A stretch of 36,177 bases of DNA from Sphaeroforma arctica JP610 (taxonomy: Eukaryota): positions 156,087 through 192,263 of the forward strand of contig NW_014040514.1 in assembly GCF_001186125.1 (NCBI RefSeq), written 5' to 3'. Shown here piece after piece: positions 33,106 through 36,177 of the stretch. Made by a program: the position numbers and the translations under genes. Position 1 is the stretch's first letter. Each line of letters starts with the position of its first letter. The notes under the pieces are model-generated. The model did not search any database. It was not told where the DNA came from and was given only the letters and a program-made list of their open reading frames with translations.

Positions 33106-35500
33106 GTGTAAAGTATTAATCATCGGTTCTGTCATCGCCGCATAGTTCGCAAGTTGACCTTATAGGTTGTAACAAGCTACAGTTGTTTAACCTCTAATTC
33201 ATAAAGTGTTTGATAGTTTTAAGTCCCACCCGACTTGCACCTGTGGATTGATTGAATTGGTCTAGTTTCGTGTTGTCATTGACTATCATATCAACAACAT
33301 TAATTACTATACCACTCATAGCAACAATAAATGTCGATGCCAAAGTCAGCCCTTTGCGATCCAATTCACTTATTAATGAGCTTTTGTTATCCACTAGGAG
33401 TATGTCATCTTCATCTAAGCCTTTTCCTAATGTGACAAAATCGGTGCATGCAATACAATTTATTTTGGAATTCTTGAGTAGCTTATGAACAACATACCCG
33501 GTAATGTGGATCTTCCATAAAATCGTACGCCAGTCTCGGACCAAAATGCTGAAGTGATACCCATAATGTGTACAACCGATCTATTTGTTTCATCTCCAGC
33601 AAGTCAGTTTTGTCCTATAGGCCTACGAAGAGCTGCTTAAAACTTTCCCGATTGTGGCTGCCATCTTCATTTTGACATATACTACATATAGCGCGTATGA
33701 GCAGTGTACGAGCACAGTATATATATGAACTGGTGTCTATATGCCTATTTCCTCCCACAATGGCTCGGGCAATGCTAAAACTTAACTCTATAGAATCAAT
33801 ATTCATACGTCCAGGCAGGACATACACGAACCCCAATTCATCAAGCAAGTATCTAATACACTGCGCAAGTGCTCTTAGTGTGTGAGATCATGTGAAGAAC
33901 GTTTCGGGTGATAATCCATCTTGTAGTGGTTTACACCCTCTCCTTTCTGTTTATGTATTATCTGGCTGTTTCTCATCCGCATGTATGTGTTCATCATCTT
34001 CACAATCGTCATCTTCTTCATCGAAAGAGTTTTGGGTAAAGCCTTCCTCCTCCGTGTTGCCGTTTAAGTCCAATCCCAAAAACTGATGCACAATATTGTC
34101 CATCTCGTTGATATCATCTGCGTTCGCTACTGACGTATCTTCATCTGTCGTATATCCATCATCGTTCTGCTGATCTTCGGAGAGGCTCGTATACCAGGCA
34201 TCTTGCAGCCAATCTGATATCTCCTCAGCTTCAAGTAATCGCAAATCAGCCGATGACGTAAAAGGTAGTGCACGATCAAGGTGCTTGTTCTTTCCTTTGG
34301 ATAAGCTGACTGTCAGAAATGGTTGTATCGCAAATGTGTTGATCATTTCAAGAAATAAATATGTTCCTTTTGCTGCCTCTCCAAATTCGCTTTTAAGAGC
34401 AGCTGTCAATTCTGGAGTGAATAAGAGGAGAGCGGGTGCGACCTGCTGTCTCTCCAAGTTCGACGGCCAAATGGTAACACGATTAATTCGTACTGGGGCA
34501 AATAACTTATTCTTATATAAATTATATAATTTTCGAATCCACTGAATATCACATATACCTGCTGGTAATGTATACCCTGTTGATAAATTCAATTCTGGAT
34601 ATCGAAAGATGTGCCCCTTTCTTATGAGATTATTTCGTATACATTTGACTATATGAACTAGACAAAATTGTGAAAATATTGTCTGACCATTAACAACTAC
34701 ACTAGTTGGCAACCGCTGTTGAGGCAGTGCCGAACGACAATCTAGCGGCTCCCATGTTGAACTTTGTAAAACAAGCATCCTCAAGGCCTTGCGATTAACC
34801 GCACAACCATCGAATATGACCGGCGCAACAACTACCCCAGCCTCTTGAGCTTTTTCTATTGCTGTTTTGGTATAATCGTACAGTTCTTTCCCAGTCTGCC
34901 GAGTGACATGATTAGACATTGGGTTCAGCGAGAGCTTACGGCCACTAAGGGGTGTCAAGAGGAAAACCTGCATGCTAGTAGCGAGTGCGTCTGGATTGTT
35001 ATGGGCCGGGCCGTAAAATCCAGACTGGTTAGAACAGTTATAAATTGGGCGTATATTGATTTCATCAATATGTAATGCAAACACCGAATTTCTAAGTCTC
35101 GCTTTTCTATCAGGCTCTTGAGTGATGTGTGGCTTCTTATATGAAATTTGGTTGGTAGGTTGCACGGAGATGCCCTGTTTGTCATATGATGAAGACATGT
35201 TGTCGTTTACACGTGCATGTATGATCGATAGTAATACTGCCGCAAGTGCAGAACCTGGTCCAGCAAATACACAATCTGCTGGAAGAGCATTGCTGTTTAC
35301 GAGCGTGAAAAATGTTCTTTATCTGATGGAAATACGAATGAAGAATTGTTTTTTATCCGTAAATAGTGCCCGGGTACTCTGGGATTAGGTGATGTGCATA
35401 CGCAAGTACAAATGAATTAACAGGAAACCGTCGCTTATGGCGACTAGTTTCAAGCATTTATACTTGCTGAGCTGCGTGGTAGTAAAATGCAGGTTTATGC
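33106..35500 (-). pseudogene. P-element/THAP9-like DDE transposase, frameshifted
   Basis: ALHIDEINI; IFDGCAVNR; FCLVHIVKCIRNN; ERQQVAPA; GLSPETF; YVLPGRMNIDSIELSFSIAR; ITGYVVHKL...CIAC...LDRKGL. TIRs and a THAP domain were not found. Confidence 0.85.
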
Positions 35501-35584
35501 TTGCCTGTCGCACTATCTGAAAAGAAACTCGCCCTTTTTCGCAATATTGAGCATTTCATAAGTTTGTACTGGATCACTGCATGA

Positions 35585-35665
35585 TGTGGTCAGATATACG
35601 ATTTAGGGTTATTAGGGTTTTTGTGATCAGATTATGATTTAGGGTTATTAGGGTCTATTTGTGGA
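35585..35665. repeat. ~36-bp tandem repeat x2 with telomere-like TTTAGGGTTATTAGGG core
   Basis: GATTTAGGGTTATTAGGGT at ~35600 and ~35636. Confidence 0.8.
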
Positions 35666-36177
35666 TCGGTCATAAACCCAGTTTAGAGTTCTGATACGAT
35701 TACGCACAATTGACCAGATATTAATCGAGTAATGTTCAATAAACAGCCAACGACTCACCTCCGATAAGGGGAGTACGTTGAGATATAGTTATTGACGCGT
35801 ATTTACCACATTTTTATCTAGCTTGAATATTGCTTGAAAATTCTCCTATTAAGTGGATTCGAACAAAAGAGATGCAAGAGGGTACTGGATGCATTGGCCG
35901 CTAGAGATGAAGAAAGGTGGCCCAATTGGTGCGCACGCCAAGGTGATATGACCTTGTTGATTACACATGATTTGATACACAGAGGTGTAGTGTATACTCG
36001 TCGTGGTGATCATAGTATGTTGTGCACTGGACCCAAAACACCGTTTTAGAAATTGTGAATAGCATAGCCTGGCTTGAACTTACATTGCTCGTGATAAAAT
36101 ATACATATATAATAGTATAAACACAAAAATATATGCCGATCTATATTTATGTAATATATATAATTACATGTATATGT

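Noticed and set aside
35834..36049. 71-aa ORF at the window end
   Set aside because: Non-ATG start, short, and no recognisable motif.
1..36177. Alternative genetic code (TAA/TAG = Gln) to explain in-frame stops
   Set aside because: Long Gln-containing ORFs (415, 323 and 314 aa) have no TAA/TAG, TGA stops also occur, and frameshifts are frequent; ordinary decay explains the stops.

Overview
Eukaryotic, gene-free window made almost entirely of nested, decayed transposable elements (standard genetic code; two N gaps). It contains three different Ty3/Gypsy LTR retrotransposons with recognisable LTR pairs: G1 (3751-~21031, minus), G2 (9699-18883, minus, TSD TGGA, chromodomain integrase) and G3 (24299-33105, plus). 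G2 sits inside a 5'-truncated non-LTR retrotransposon, which sits inside the 5' LTR of G1. G3 sits inside the 3' end of a P-element-like transposase gene. Also present are a fourth Gypsy pol fragment, two solo/partial LTRs, a duplicated Ulp1-type protease remnant and a PHD-finger remnant. Main observation: all three LTR-bounded Gypsy elements, whose LTRs appear unrelated, carry a phage-Dam/DIRS-like amino-methyltransferase domain (DLFA...NPPW) at the same position in pol, between RNase H and a DDE integrase. The two elements with intact 5' ends (G2, G3) lack a tRNA-type primer-binding site. All domain calls are by-eye motif recognition; no database search was run.
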